This document shows, piece by piece, positions 8,012 to 19,024 of a stretch of DNA of 64,000 nt. Where the stretch lies: the NCBI GenBank assembly GCA_052390235.1, contig JBQTHB010000003.1:192001-256000 (forward strand). Reading direction: 5' to 3'. The position numbers were made by a program, and so were the translations under genes. Source of the DNA: Deltaproteobacteria bacterium (GTDB lineage Bacteria; Desulfobacterota_D; UBA1144; Nemesobacterales; CSP1-2). The stretch's first letter is position 1, and each line of letters starts with the position of its first letter. Under the pieces are notes generated by a model. That model was given only the letters and a program-made list of their open reading frames with translations, did no database searches and was not told where the DNA came from.

Positions 8012-9970
8012 TTGAATTTCTCTTTGCTCAATCCCCTTTTCTTAATAGGACTTATAGCAGTAGCCCTGCCCGTTATCGCGCATCTAGTGTCGAGGAAAAA
8101 GGGGGCAACGCACAAATTCTCAGCCGTATCGCTCCTCCTCGCCTCGGACAGAGAATCCATAAGAAAATCAAACCCTAAGGATTTGCTCCTGCTCGCTCTA
8201 AGAGCTTTGGCTATAGCGCTTATCGCGCTGATGTTCGCCAAGCCCGCGACTCTCACCGATACCCCTGTGGACGTGAGCGAGATAAAATCTGCCGCTATCG
8301 TGATTGATAATTCCTTTAGCATGGGTTATGACGACAATTTCAGCATAGCTAAAAGCCGCGCCGAGGAAATTATCGAAGCCCTAGCCGATGGGAGCTTTGC
8401 GGCAGTATTCCCACTCGTGCCGCCGCCCGGGTTCAAGCCGGAAATCACAGCCGACAAGGGGAGACTCAAAAGCGACATATCCGCCGTAGCGCTCTCGCAC
8501 TCTTTCGCCGACAACGAGAGGAGATTGGCGGAGATATACGAAACCCTGGAAAACTCGCCCGCCGAGGGGAGCAGAGAGGTTATCTTCCTGACCGACTCCC
8601 AGAGAAACGGCTGGAGCGGCGAGCGCTTCGAGCGGGAATGGGTCAGCGCCGTTGACGTAGGCGATGGTTCGCCCCCCGAAAACCGCTCAGTAAATTATTT
8701 CGAGGTTGCAAGCTCCGGGGATTTTATCAGCGCGCGGGTAATAGCGGCGAATTACTCCGGCAATCCGGCGGAGGGGCTGCCGATTAGCGTTTCCGTCGGC
8801 GATAGCGAATCGAGCGGGTTTATCAGCATCAAAGCGCGGTCTCAGGAGGCCAGAGATTTCATATTCCCTCTAGTAGAACCCACCGCAGACGAGACGGCGG
8901 CAATAGCCAACCTGCCCGCCGACAAACTGCCCGCAGACGACACGCGATATTTCATGCTCTCTCGAATCGCCCAAATCCGCGCTTTGATAATTGACGGAGA
9001 CCCAAGGGAAGATGCGCGGCTCAGCGAGACTCACTACCTCGCCGAGGCGCTTGAGACGATTTCCGAAATCCGGGCGATGAGCCTCACGGTAAAAGACAAC
9101 GAGGCGTTTCTGGGCGAGCGCCTAGACAAATACAATTTCGTGATACTGGCAAATGTCAGCGACATCACCCCGCAAAAAGCCCAGGAGCTTGGGGAGTTCG
9201 TCGCACAGGGCGGGGCAACCCTGATATTTGCCGGAGAGCGCGTGAGAGCCGAAGTCTATAACGCCCTTCTCGGCGATATCCTTCCGGCGCAGTTCGTCGG
9301 AGAGGTTCGAGAGGGGTCATATTTTCTCTCGGCTGAGGGAGAGGCTTTCTCGGCTGAGGTCGCGGGGAAATTACCCCAAGCGGGGGTAGAAAAATTCTTC
9401 AAACTCGCCCCCGCGCCCGAATCGCGCACGATGATTCGTGTTGAAGACGGCTCGCCAATTCTGGTTGAGAAAAAAATCGGGCGGGGCAGAGCGTTTGTCT
9501 TTGCCTCCACTGCAGACCGCGCTTGGAACGGGTTTGCGCTCTGCGGGGCGTTTCTGCCCGCGATAAAAGAAATCCTAGACCTCGTCCAGAGTTCCGAGGG
9601 GGGCGGGAGAAACTTCACCGTGGGCGATTTGGTAAAAATAGAATTTTCTGGAGTAGCCGAAGCGGCATCGGTGAAATCCCCCGCTGGAGAGGAGTTTGCG
9701 GTCGGCGCGGATAATCCAATATTTGATAAGACCCTCTCCCCCGGAATTTACAGCGTGAATTTCGACGGAGGCGGATACTCCTTCGCCGTAAATGTGGATG
9801 CGCGGGAGTCGAATCTCGATAAAATCAATCTGGGCAAACCCGCCGAGAAATCCCCCCGCGGGGGCGGCAAGGCGAGGGCGACTAGAGAGCTATGGGGATA
9901 TTTTCTCTGGGCGGCGGTCGTATTATTAATCGCTGAGTCGGCAGTGCGCTCGGTTCGGAGATGGAATTAA
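8012..9970 (+). CDS. BatA N-terminal domain / vWA membrane protein
   Basis: F.NP..L.GL..P..HL BatA N-terminus, DNSFSM MIDAS, TD.Q, C-terminal TM with W..L......E motif. Confidence 0.88.
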   Translation: MNFSLLNPLFLIGLIAVALPVIAHLVSRKKGATHKFSAVSLLLASDRESIRKSNPKDLLLLALRALAIALIALMFAKPATLTDTPVDVSEIKSAAIVIDNSFSMGYDDNFSIAKSRAEEIIEALADGSFAAVFPLVPPPGFKPEITADKGRLKSDISAVALSHSFADNERRLAEIYETLENSPAEGSREVIFLTDSQRNGWSGERFEREWVSAVDVGDGSPPENRSVNYFEVASSGDFISARVIAANYSGNPAEGLPISVSVGDSESSGFISIKARSQEARDFIFPLVEPTADETAAIANLPADKLPADDTRYFMLSRIAQIRALIIDGDPREDARLSETHYLAEALETISEIRAMSLTVKDNEAFLGERLDKYNFVILANVSDITPQKAQELGEFVAQGGATLIFAGERVRAEVYNALLGDILPAQFVGEVREGSYFLSAEGEAFSAEVAGKLPQAGVEKFFKLAPAPESRTMIRVEDGSPILVEKKIGRGRAFVFASTADRAWNGFALCGAFLPAIKEILDLVQSSEGGGRNFTVGDLVKIEFSGVAEAASVKSPAGEEFAVGADNPIFDKTLSPGIYSVNFDGGGYSFAVNVDARESNLDKINLGKPAEKSPRGGGKARATRELWGYFLWAAVVLLIAESAVRSVRRWN

Positions 9971-11379
9971 TCAGCGAGGCTTGCGCCGTCCATCGAGGCG
10001 GGGGCGGAGTAGCCAAGCAGAGCGAGAATTGTCGGGAAAACGTCAACCGTTCTTGCCGGCGCTCTTTTAATCGGCGCGCTCATGCACAGGGGCACTATCA
10101 TGTGGTCTCGAAACAGCGCCCCGTGCGAGGAGCAATGCTCAGGATTTTCGTGCCGCGCTCGGAGGTCGAACCCGCGCCTTGCGCTGAGGACTAAATCCCC
10201 AGTGCGAGGGGATTCAAAGAGCTGGAGTAGCTGAACCAGCGCGTCAGGATAATCCGTATCGAAGCTAAGCCTGAGGCTCTCTTCGGGGGTCATTTTCTGG
10301 GGCATATCGGCATATCCGAACGGGTCTGCGCCGCGCTTTTGGTAGCGCACAAATCCATTGTCGAGCCAAACCGACGCCTCCCCGCGCAGGCTCTTAATCC
10401 TCACCCCTCCGGTCTCGTCCGCTGCGGCGATAATATCAATTTCGGGTCTATCCAGAAGAGAGGCGGCAAGGGGATATAACTCCTCGTATGTGTTTCTCCG
10501 GCGCCAGCCCGCAGGATTTTTCACATAGACGTGCGCCATGGCGTTTCCCGATACCATTACAGAGGCAGTGGCGGCGGCGTAGTTTCTGAAAATGTAGGGA
10601 TAGTAAAACGTCCTATAGCCGGATTTGTCCATAAAATCGAGCGCGTCAAAGTGAGAGTGGGTTTGAGTTAGCCCGTGGTCGCTTCCGAGAACAAAGAGCG
10701 TCTCGTCTAATTTCCCGCTTCTGCGCAGAGCGGATGCGACATCTCCGAGGGCGCGGTCAATTCTGCGGTACGAATCCAGCGCTTTGCCGTGGAACGGGTG
10801 ATAGAGATGCGAATAGGTGTCAATCCCCAAGAACACGACGCAGGTGAATTGAATGGACTCGCCGAGGGATTTTAGCAGGATTCGTCCGGCGGCGGCGTCC
10901 ACTTCGTCGCAGTTTTCGGTGAAATGGCTCTTGAGCTTCAGATAGAATTTGCTGAATTTGGTTTTATCGCCCCTTGCCGAAATCCCTCGTGATACCTCGT
11001 TGAGGATGCTCGCGCTGTTTGGAATCAGCTCAAAAATCGTGGGGGAATCCGCAGACAGGTCGCTGTTGAGCAAAACCCCCTCGATGCCGATGTAGCTTCT
11101 GGAGCGGTAGAGCGAAAAGAGCTTCTGCTCGTAAACCTGCCTATCGAACCAGCGGATGCCGGGGAGGTTGCATCTGCCGGGGAATTTTCCCATCAGGTAG
11201 GGCGTGTAAGCCGGGCCAGTGGTGGAGGGGAAAACCGTAACGGCGCGGGCGTATGAGCCTCTCTCAACTATGTATTTTGAGATATTGGGAAGGTCTCCGC
11301 GGCTGAGGAGTTCCTCGAGAACATCGGCTCTTGCGCCGTCCGCCATGATAAAAATACAACTTTTAAACCGCCCAGCCAC
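9967..11379 (-). CDS. alkaline phosphatase superfamily (type I phosphodiesterase / nucleotide pyrophosphatase)
   Basis: ADGAR, FPSTT (Thr nucleophile), DTYSH, SDHG, SHG; probable GTG start at 11379. Confidence 0.88.
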   Translation of the reverse strand: MAGRFKSCIFIMADGARADVLEELLSRGDLPNISKYIVERGSYARAVTVFPSTTGPAYTPYLMGKFPGRCNLPGIRWFDRQVYEQKLFSLYRSRSYIGIEGVLLNSDLSADSPTIFELIPNSASILNEVSRGISARGDKTKFSKFYLKLKSHFTENCDEVDAAAGRILLKSLGESIQFTCVVFLGIDTYSHLYHPFHGKALDSYRRIDRALGDVASALRRSGKLDETLFVLGSDHGLTQTHSHFDALDFMDKSGYRTFYYPYIFRNYAAATASVMVSGNAMAHVYVKNPAGWRRRNTYEELYPLAASLLDRPEIDIIAAADETGGVRIKSLRGEASVWLDNGFVRYQKRGADPFGYADMPQKMTPEESLRLSFDTDYPDALVQLLQLFESPRTGDLVLSARRGFDLRARHENPEHCSSHGALFRDHMIVPLCMSAPIKRAPARTVDVFPTILALLGYSAPASMDGASLAD

Positions 11380-11512
11380 GATGAGAATCTCCAGAATTAG
11401 TATCAATAGGAAAAAACGGCGGCACGGTGAATCGCCGCAGCTCAAGGGGACTCATAATAAACCTAATATGCGCATAATTCCAGCGTTAGATAAAGAGCGC
11501 GGATGGGGTTTC

Positions 11513-14293
11513 TCAGGAGAAGTATTTGAGATAGACCGCCCGAATTGCGTCGGTTTTGGCGATGTATGTACGCCGCAGTTCCTCTCCGCCGCCTTCGATG
11601 CCGAGTTGCATGGCGAGCTTTGTGAAGTCTGATAATCCAAGTTCGCTTGTAGCGCTGTCGCGCAGGAGCCTCAGTAAATTCTCGAGCCTCTTTAGGAACG
11701 AGAGTCCATCCGCGAGGGTGGAGAAATCCGTACCGGCGATAATTTTCCGCTTCTTTGCCGCGGAAAGCGCCGAGAGCGTGTTCTGAGTCCTCATCTCTTC
11801 AAACTGGGAGCCGAATTTAAGCTGAAGCATCTGGGCGAGAAATTCAGCGTCCACAATCCCCCCGCGCCCGGTTTTGAGGTTAAATTTCCCCTCCCCCTCC
11901 TTGGCGAGTTCCCTTTCCATTCGGGAGCGCATATGGTTAATTTCGGAGTGGAAATTCCCATCAAGCGCGCCCTCATAGACGAAATGGCGAATTGCCTTAA
12001 TTGTCTCCCGTCCTAACTCGGCGCTGCCGGCACAGGCTCTGGCGCGTATCAACGCCTGCCTCTCCCAGAGCCTCGCGCTAGCCTCGTGATAGCTCCGAAA
12101 GGACTCAAGCGACGACACCAGAGCGCCGGATTTGCCCGAGGGTCTGAGTCCCATGTCAATCTTATAGGCGAATCCCTCCGCAGTGGGGATTGACAGCACG
12201 GATATCATCCTCTGCCCCAGTTTGGAGAAAAACTCGTGGTTCTCGCCCGGGTAGATAAAGATAATATCGAGGTCAGAGTTATAGCTCATCTCCCTGCCGC
12301 CGAGCTTGCCCATGCCGAGAATCGCCATATCCGAGGGTTTTGCCGATTCGTCAGATTTTTTCATCAGACTCTCGCCGGCAAGCCCCAGTGCGACTTCCAT
12401 CATGGCGTCAGCGAGGTTGGCGAGGCTCTCCCCGACGGATGGGGCATCGAGTTCGCCGTTTAAATCCCTGAGGCAGAGCTTTAGCGTCTCGACGTTTTTA
12501 AATCTCCTGATGGCGTTGAGCTTTCCCTCGTAATCCCGCTCTTCGGAAAGCGCCCTCTTTAGCTCCTCCAGCATCTCGCGCTTCGTGCGGAACTCCCTCC
12601 ACGCGCTCCTGAGCGTTATCACATCCAAATACTCCGGGTGCCTGATGAGGAAATTCGACAGGTACGCGCTCGTCGAGAACAGTCGTGAGAGTAGCTCCAA
12701 TATGTCGGGATTCTCCGAGAGCATGGCAAATATTGAGGTGCGCCATCCGATGCCGGAGATGAACCGTTCGAGGTTTCTAAGGGCGGCGTCGGGGTCTGCG
12801 GAGTATATAACCTTCCCCAAGAAAGCCGGAACAACGCGCCTTGTGAGGGTTCGCCCCTTTTGCGTTAAGCCCCCTTTTTTGGTGTCGAGAAGGGCGCCAA
12901 TGAGTTCGGCGGATGTCCGGGGGTATTTGAACCCCAAATTTTTGAGACGCTCCAGCGCGCGGGCTTCATCTACATTTCCCTCGGAGAGGAAATCGGCGAG
13001 TTCGAGAAATTCCCTGCCCTCATCCTCGATTTTTTTCGACGGCTCATAAAAAAGTTGATTGTAATTCTTCGACACTTCTGAGGTTTGACGGGCGTATTCC
13101 GTCTCGAACCCATCTTTTGCGCCAAGCCCTACCCTCTTGGCAAGGGCATCGAGGCTCTGGGCATCTTCGGGGATTTTATGGGTCTGAAGCTCGTCAACAA
13201 GCTGAATTGCGTGTTCCACCCGCCGGAGGAACAGGTAAGACGCGCTAAGGGAGTCGCAAACCGCGCGCTCGATAATTTTCATCTCCTGGAGTTTCAACAA
13301 CGCCCTGAGCGTGCTTCGCTCCCTGAGGGATTCAACTGCGCCGCCGTTGACGAGCTGTAGGGCTTGCGTGAAAAACTCGATTTCGCGGATACCCCCTCTG
13401 CCGAGCTTCACGTCGCGTTTTTTTTGGAGTCTGTTGAGCTTTGCCTTCATCTCTTTGAGGTCTTCAATTGAGGCGTAATCGAGGAATTTTTTATAGACGA
13501 AAGGGGCGATTTCCCGATTAAACCTCTGCCCCAGGGCTATATCGCCCGCAATGGGCATGGCTTTAATCATCGCCGCCCTCTCCCAAGTGTCTCCCCAGTA
13601 GAAATAATGCTCCAGCGCGCCGTCAAGCGACAGGGCTACATCGCTCTTGCTCCCGCCGGGGCGAAGCGCGAGGTCAACCCTGTACAGAAAGCCGTCTTCG
13701 GTGATGGAGGCAAGGGCTTTTGTGATTTTCTCAGAGAGCTTAAATATGGGGTCTGGGTTTTTCGTACCCTTGTAGAGGTAGATTAAATCAATATCGGAGC
13801 TTAGGTTCAGTTCCCTGCCGCCGAGCTTGCCCATGCCCAGAACGACGAATTTCATAGAGGCAGGGATTTTAAGCTCTCGCTTAAAGAAACGGAAAACGGC
13901 TTCCACAGCGGAGGCTGCGAGGTCTGAGAGTTCAGCCATCATCTCGGTAAATTCGCCGAATCCGAGAATATCCCGATAGACAATGCGGGAAAGTTCGTGG
14001 TATTTGTAACGGCGAAGAGCCCCCATAAGCTCGGCTTCGGAAGCCGCTCCGAGGGCGATATGCACAGATTCAGAGAGGGTTTGCTCGTAGGGCTTCGGGG
14101 CGTGGAGGGATTCGGAGTTGACAAGAGAGTCGAGAATGGACGGGTCTTTAATGGCGGCTCGTCCGAGAAACCGGCTATAGGACGCGAGGAGGCGGAGAGT
14201 TTCTTCTTTTTTGGGGGATAGAGCGCCGCCCCGTTCCCTGAAGAGTTGTAGCGCGTTATCGGCGGTCTGCGAATCTGGGAAAACCCTATTCAA
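11513..14293 (-). CDS. glnE: bifunctional glutamine synthetase adenylyltransferase/adenylyl-removing enzyme
   Basis: Two nucleotidyltransferase domains (GMGKLGGRELNLSSDIDL; GMGKLGGREMSYNSDLD), WER, KxGRGG. Confidence 0.96.
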   Translation of the reverse strand: MNRVFPDSQTADNALQLFRERGGALSPKKEETLRLLASYSRFLGRAAIKDPSILDSLVNSESLHAPKPYEQTLSESVHIALGAASEAELMGALRRYKYHELSRIVYRDILGFGEFTEMMAELSDLAASAVEAVFRFFKRELKIPASMKFVVLGMGKLGGRELNLSSDIDLIYLYKGTKNPDPIFKLSEKITKALASITEDGFLYRVDLALRPGGSKSDVALSLDGALEHYFYWGDTWERAAMIKAMPIAGDIALGQRFNREIAPFVYKKFLDYASIEDLKEMKAKLNRLQKKRDVKLGRGGIREIEFFTQALQLVNGGAVESLRERSTLRALLKLQEMKIIERAVCDSLSASYLFLRRVEHAIQLVDELQTHKIPEDAQSLDALAKRVGLGAKDGFETEYARQTSEVSKNYNQLFYEPSKKIEDEGREFLELADFLSEGNVDEARALERLKNLGFKYPRTSAELIGALLDTKKGGLTQKGRTLTRRVVPAFLGKVIYSADPDAALRNLERFISGIGWRTSIFAMLSENPDILELLSRLFSTSAYLSNFLIRHPEYLDVITLRSAWREFRTKREMLEELKRALSEERDYEGKLNAIRRFKNVETLKLCLRDLNGELDAPSVGESLANLADAMMEVALGLAGESLMKKSDESAKPSDMAILGMGKLGGREMSYNSDLDIIFIYPGENHEFFSKLGQRMISVLSIPTAEGFAYKIDMGLRPSGKSGALVSSLESFRSYHEASARLWERQALIRARACAGSAELGRETIKAIRHFVYEGALDGNFHSEINHMRSRMERELAKEGEGKFNLKTGRGGIVDAEFLAQMLQLKFGSQFEEMRTQNTLSALSAAKKRKIIAGTDFSTLADGLSFLKRLENLLRLLRDSATSELGLSDFTKLAMQLGIEGGGEELRRTYIAKTDAIRAVYLKYFS

Positions 14294-14600
14294 CCCTGAT
14301 TTTCCTAGTGGATTTTTTTCGGGAGCGGGGTTTACGATAAGAGGATTTTGAATCCGATGATGAGGAGGGAGCGTCGGGCGTCGCCGTGCGGTTTAGAATA
14401 TCGGCAAGGGTTATCACCAAGCCGAACCCGCGTTTTATGGATTTCCCGGCGACATCCCAGATTTGCTCTCTGCCCTGCCTCTCGCGCAGAAGCCCCCCGA
14501 CGCCTTTGACGGCGAACCCGGCGGCGATGATGCCCTCAGTGGCGGCTTTGATGAAATGCCCCCTTGCCTTCTCTAAATCGCTCAGCTCTTTTTTCTTCAT
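14286..14600 (-). CDS. small basic hypothetical protein
   Basis: 104-aa ORF whose stop overlaps the glnE start; K/R-rich tail. Confidence 0.6.
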   Translation of the reverse strand: MKKKELSDLEKARGHFIKAATEGIIAAGFAVKGVGGLLRERQGREQIWDVAGKSIKRGFGLVITLADILNRTATPDAPSSSSDSKSSYRKPRSRKKSTRKIRVE

Positions 14601-14831
14601 ATCGGAATTTTACCACAAACCGGGGCTAATTTAACACAAATTCGGGATAATCGAGGGGAGCGGGCCGTCTGCGAATATTCCGCCTAATCACTCCGGCTCA
14701 AGCCCCGATAGTAGCGCGCCGGGGGCGAGCGTTAAATCTCCGGTGGGGGAATCGGCTGAGCGGATGGCGGGGCAGTGACTCCCCGGAAATCCCGGCATCC
14801 CGCGCCCGCATCTGAAACCATCTTAACAGAG

Positions 14832-15191
14832 CTAGGTGATTATAGAGGGGCCCTGGGCTTCTTTCTGGCGGCTACGCTTGACCTTCTCTTCGATAAGCAC
14901 GAAGAGCCTATTTTTAAAACTATCGTCGTAGGCGCAGATGTCCGGTATGATGCAACCCATAAGGGCGATTTTGAGGAAAAATTCTGTATTTGCCCTCAGA
15001 TGGTCTTCTTGGTGCTGACCCCCGTAGGCGCCGGAGAGGTTATTGTAAATCGCCTCCCCAAGCTGATTGGCAACCTCGACGATGCTCATTCCAGGGGCGG
15101 TTTGCTGAAGGGCAGATACGCCCATATTGAAAGCCATTGTGATTGAGGTCATCATAGGGGACTGTTGCTGACTCTGTTCCTGCTCGCTCAT
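14832..15191 (-). CDS. hypothetical protein (MSEQEQSQQQSP...)
   Basis: GGAGG RBS before ATG 15191; protein-like composition; fills intergenic gap. Confidence 0.7.
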   Translation of the reverse strand: MSEQEQSQQQSPMMTSITMAFNMGVSALQQTAPGMSIVEVANQLGEAIYNNLSGAYGGQHQEDHLRANTEFFLKIALMGCIIPDICAYDDSFKNRLFVLIEEKVKRSRQKEAQGPSIIT

Positions 15192-15310
15192 AACTATTGA
15201 TTCCTCCCGATTTGTATTTGGCGGCGCGCTGAAAATCAATCTCAAACGCGATTTGCGGATTTGTTAAATATAGTGAAAAATTAAGAACAATCAAATCCGC
15301 AGGAGGCGCG

Positions 15311-17005
15311 ATGTCTCAAGTTCACGGCGGCAGGCTCGTCGTCAAAACCCTCAGCGAACTCGGAGTAAGAGACATATTTTCCCTGAGCGGGGGGCATATA
15401 AACCCCATTTACGATGCCTGCGGGGATTTCGGCATCAGGCTCATTGACACCCACCATGAACAGGGGGCGGCAATGGCGGCGGACGCATACGGGCGCGTCA
15501 AAAGAGAGCCTGGGGTGTGCCTCGTTACGGCGGGGCCCGGATTTACAAACGCCCTCACGGGAATCGCCGGAGCGTTCATGTCGAACTCCCCCTGCCTGTT
15601 TCTCGCGGGCAAGACCGGAATTGAAGAGAGCGACAGACTCCCGCTGCAGGAAATTGACCAGCAGGCAATGATAACCCCCATCACGAAGTGGGCGAGAACA
15701 GTCTATGACGCGCACCGCCTGCCGGAGTACATAGCATCGGCTTACAAGAGGGCGATTTCCGGCAGACCGGGCCCAGTCTATCTGGGAATGCCGCATGAAA
15801 TCCTCTACGAGAGCGTTAGCGAAGGAGATGTCTATCGCTACAACGTTAAAGCCCCTTATTCCAAATCCGAAGCCCCGTCCGAAGCCGCCTCGGAAGCCCT
15901 AGATTTGATTATGTCCGCCCGAAGACCCGTCCTCATTGCGGGAAGCGGGGCGTGGTACTCAGGGGCTGATGGAGAAATCCTGCGCTTCATCGAAAGAGCC
16001 GAAATGCCTTTATTCACGCTCAATTTCGGGCGCGGGATAGTATCCGATAAGCACCCCCTGTGTTTCGGAGCGGCAAGCCCCGGCGCGCCTAGCGGATTCA
16101 AGAGGGCAACCTCCGAAGCCGATTTAATTATTCTCCTCGGCATCAGACTCAGCCTGTACATCGGCTGGGGGAGAACGTTCAACCCGGAGGCAAAAGTCAT
16201 ACAGGTGGACATTGACCCCTCGGAAATCGGGCGAAACCGCCCCGCTGACCTCGGCATTGCGGCGGACATTAGCAAGACCCTTTCCCGTCTCACAGAGGGG
16301 CTGGAAAAAAGGCAGGTTCGGCTGAATTTTCAGCGCTGGACGGCGCGCATAAGGGCTTGGAGGGACGAAGAATGGGGGCAGATGGTGGAAGGGGCGGCAA
16401 CATCCGACAGAGTCCCCATGCACGCACTGAGGGTGATTAGAGCCGTCGAGGAGGTCATGGACGCGGACGGGATGCTCGTCATTGATGGAGGGGACACGCA
16501 AGCATTCTGCGACAGCGCGTATCAAGTGCAAAAACCTGGGCATTACGTCAAAGGAGGGCCGCTTGGGTGCATGGGCGTGGGAGTGCCCTTTGCCATCGGG
16601 ACAAAAGCCGCTTACCCAAGTAGGCAGGTTTGCCTCATCACGGGGGACGGCGCGGTGGGGATGAATTTTATGGAATTCGAGACGGCGATAAGACACAAAC
16701 TGCCCTTCGTTGCGGTTGTGTGCAACGACCAGGGCTGGGGAATGACCAAGCATCAGCTGTGGCTATCATACGGCAGGGATAAGAAAACGGCGGGGGTTGA
16801 CCTCCCGTTTACGCCGTTTCACGAGATTGTGAAAGCGCTGGGAGGGTATGGAGAGACCGTCTCAGGGCCCAGAGAGCTTCGGGGAGCGATAGAGCGGGCA
16901 TTTTCCGCCGGAGTTGCCGCGCTGATAAATGTCCCCACAGACCCGGAAGCCATAAGCCCCGCGACATACGCCCTGACACAGATGATGACACCGAAGCACA
17001 GATGA
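15311..17005 (+). CDS. thiamine-diphosphate enzyme (IlvB / 2-hydroxyacyl-CoA lyase-like)
   Basis: HHEQGAAMAADAY, TAGPG, LQEIDQ, GRPGPV, GDG..N TPP motif. Confidence 0.93.
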   Translation: MSQVHGGRLVVKTLSELGVRDIFSLSGGHINPIYDACGDFGIRLIDTHHEQGAAMAADAYGRVKREPGVCLVTAGPGFTNALTGIAGAFMSNSPCLFLAGKTGIEESDRLPLQEIDQQAMITPITKWARTVYDAHRLPEYIASAYKRAISGRPGPVYLGMPHEILYESVSEGDVYRYNVKAPYSKSEAPSEAASEALDLIMSARRPVLIAGSGAWYSGADGEILRFIERAEMPLFTLNFGRGIVSDKHPLCFGAASPGAPSGFKRATSEADLIILLGIRLSLYIGWGRTFNPEAKVIQVDIDPSEIGRNRPADLGIAADISKTLSRLTEGLEKRQVRLNFQRWTARIRAWRDEEWGQMVEGAATSDRVPMHALRVIRAVEEVMDADGMLVIDGGDTQAFCDSAYQVQKPGHYVKGGPLGCMGVGVPFAIGTKAAYPSRQVCLITGDGAVGMNFMEFETAIRHKLPFVAVVCNDQGWGMTKHQLWLSYGRDKKTAGVDLPFTPFHEIVKALGGYGETVSGPRELRGAIERAFSAGVAALINVPTDPEAISPATYALTQMMTPKHR

Positions 17006-17203
17006 GAGCCGGGGGCCGCTCTGTGGACGCTAAGACGCCAAGGAAAGCTAGGTTCTGTACATCAATTTTTCTCAATTAGTTCCTAAGTGTTTGGGCTAAA
17101 ACCATCTACTCAAAACTGTCTTTCGCCATTCGCGGATACGATAATAAGTCTATGGAGAGCGGGAGGGGGCTATTAATTTTGAGGGCTTAAGTCGGGAGCG
17201 TAG

Positions 17204-18181
17204 CTACCATCTGACTACTGCTGAACCCCAAGCGAATCCTGCCCCGAACACTGAGAAGAGTATAATATCCCCCCTCTTGAGCCTTCCCGACTTCGCCGCC
17301 TCGTCCAGGGCTATCGGCACTGAGGCTGAGGATGTGTTGCCGTATCTATCCACGTTCATAAAGACCTTTTCGACTGGGATGCCAAGCCGCCTTCTCACAG
17401 CGTCCATAATTCTGTAGTTCGCCTGATGGGAGATGAATAGGTCAATATCGTCGGCGCTGATTCCGGCTTTTTTTATTGCCTCGACGGACGACGACTCCAT
17501 TGCTTTAACCGCTTCTTTAAAAACCTCATTTCCAGCCATTTTGAGGAAGTGCTGTCTCGCGCGCACACTCTCTTCCGAAGCCGGAATGCGGGAGCCTCCC
17601 CCCGGCATGTAGAGCAAATCCCATGAATCCCCGTCAGTGGCTAGGCACAGGGATAAAATCCCCGGCTCTTCGGATTTTGCTATGAGAACCGCCCCCGCGC
17701 CGTCCCCAAACAGAATGCACGTGCCTCTGTCCTGAAAATCCACGATACGAGAGAGAGTCTCCGCTCCCACGACTAGAGCCGTTTTTGCATCCCCCGACAT
17801 TAGCATAGCCTTTCCCACCTGCAGGGCGTATAGGAATCCCGAACATCCGGCAGAAATATCGAGCGCGACGGCGTTCCTAGCCTTGATTATGCTTTGAATG
17901 AGACAGGCAGTGGAGGGGAAGAGGTAGTCCGGCGATATTGTGCCGACGACGATGAGGTCAACATCCAGCGGGTCAACGTTGGCGTCGGCAAGGGCTTTCA
18001 AAGATGCGTCGGCGCCTAAATCCGAGCTTGCGACATCTGGGTCGGCGATTCTGCGCTCGGATATTCCCGTTCTAGCTTTTATCCACTCGTCTGAGGTGTC
18101 AACGATTTTTTCCAGCTCGGCGTTGGAGAGAATTCTTGAAGGGGCTGAAAGTCCAGTGCCGATGATTCTGACGTAGCTCAA
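17204..18181 (-). CDS. fabH: 3-oxoacyl-ACP synthase III
   Basis: DTSDEWI..RTGI, AGCSGF, HQAN, GNTSSAS. Confidence 0.97.
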   Translation of the reverse strand: MSYVRIIGTGLSAPSRILSNAELEKIVDTSDEWIKARTGISERRIADPDVASSDLGADASLKALADANVDPLDVDLIVVGTISPDYLFPSTACLIQSIIKARNAVALDISAGCSGFLYALQVGKAMLMSGDAKTALVVGAETLSRIVDFQDRGTCILFGDGAGAVLIAKSEEPGILSLCLATDGDSWDLLYMPGGGSRIPASEESVRARQHFLKMAGNEVFKEAVKAMESSSVEAIKKAGISADDIDLFISHQANYRIMDAVRRRLGIPVEKVFMNVDRYGNTSSASVPIALDEAAKSGRLKRGDIILFSVFGAGFAWGSAVVRW

Positions 18182-18328
18182 AAGCCAAGGCGCTCCCTGA
18201 GTGGATTTTGGGGGATATTATTTGTGAAGAGCGGGGGTTTGTCAAACTGAAGCAAAGCCGCCTACACGGCGGTATTAGATGCTTGGGGGGCTACAGAGGA
18301 TTCCGGCGCCCCTGACAGAGGAGAGATA

Positions 18329-18802
18329 TTATGCCGCCGCCTCGTCGAGGACAGAGCTAATCCTCTTCCAATCCTCAGGGGTCAAATTCACCCGCCTCGC
18401 ATACTCAATTTGAGTAGAGAGGAAAATAATCCCAAAATAGTCCTGGCGGGCGAGCGCGGCGAGAAGCTCCATATCCTCTTCGGATTCAATGCCGAAGAAA
18501 ACAGACACCGCATAGGGTTTGGCGATATTTCCCGCAAAGTTAAAAGTCATTTTTACCGCCGGAAATTCCTGCCTTTTTATACACTCAAATGTAAACGCCG
18601 CCTCCCGCGCCTCGGCGAGCAGGGCGAGATTCTCGGCGCTTTCCTTAATTATGAACGCCGCCTGGTCAAGAATTGAGGCCGCCAAACAGCCAGAGTCAAG
18701 AAACGAGAGGCTCATCGAAACATCCAGGTGGAAGCGGAGTTTCTCGATTTGCGCATTGGGGACGGCTTCAAGGGATTTGGGTTGGATTTTTATAAGGCGC
18801 AT
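18329..18802 (-). CDS. hypothetical protein
   Basis: 157-aa ATG ORF co-oriented with fabH; no family recognised. Confidence 0.6.
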   Translation of the reverse strand: MRLIKIQPKSLEAVPNAQIEKLRFHLDVSMSLSFLDSGCLAASILDQAAFIIKESAENLALLAEAREAAFTFECIKRQEFPAVKMTFNFAGNIAKPYAVSVFFGIESEEDMELLAALARQDYFGIIFLSTQIEYARRVNLTPEDWKRISSVLDEAAA

Positions 18803-19024
18803 GGTTTTGGCTATCGGGACATTTTGTGCAGTGGGAGATGATACCCTAAAAGCGAGCGCAAGGGAAAATAGCCCGTGATGACGGCAAGTTGCGTCTGAAA
18901 TCGCTGAATTTTATTAAATAACTCATCGCCCACTTGACATTAACATCATAAGTTTATTATTATCCCTAGCCTAAAGCCCCGTATTCAAGATAGAGTAACC
19001 CCTTAAAGAGGAGGAGAAGGAACT

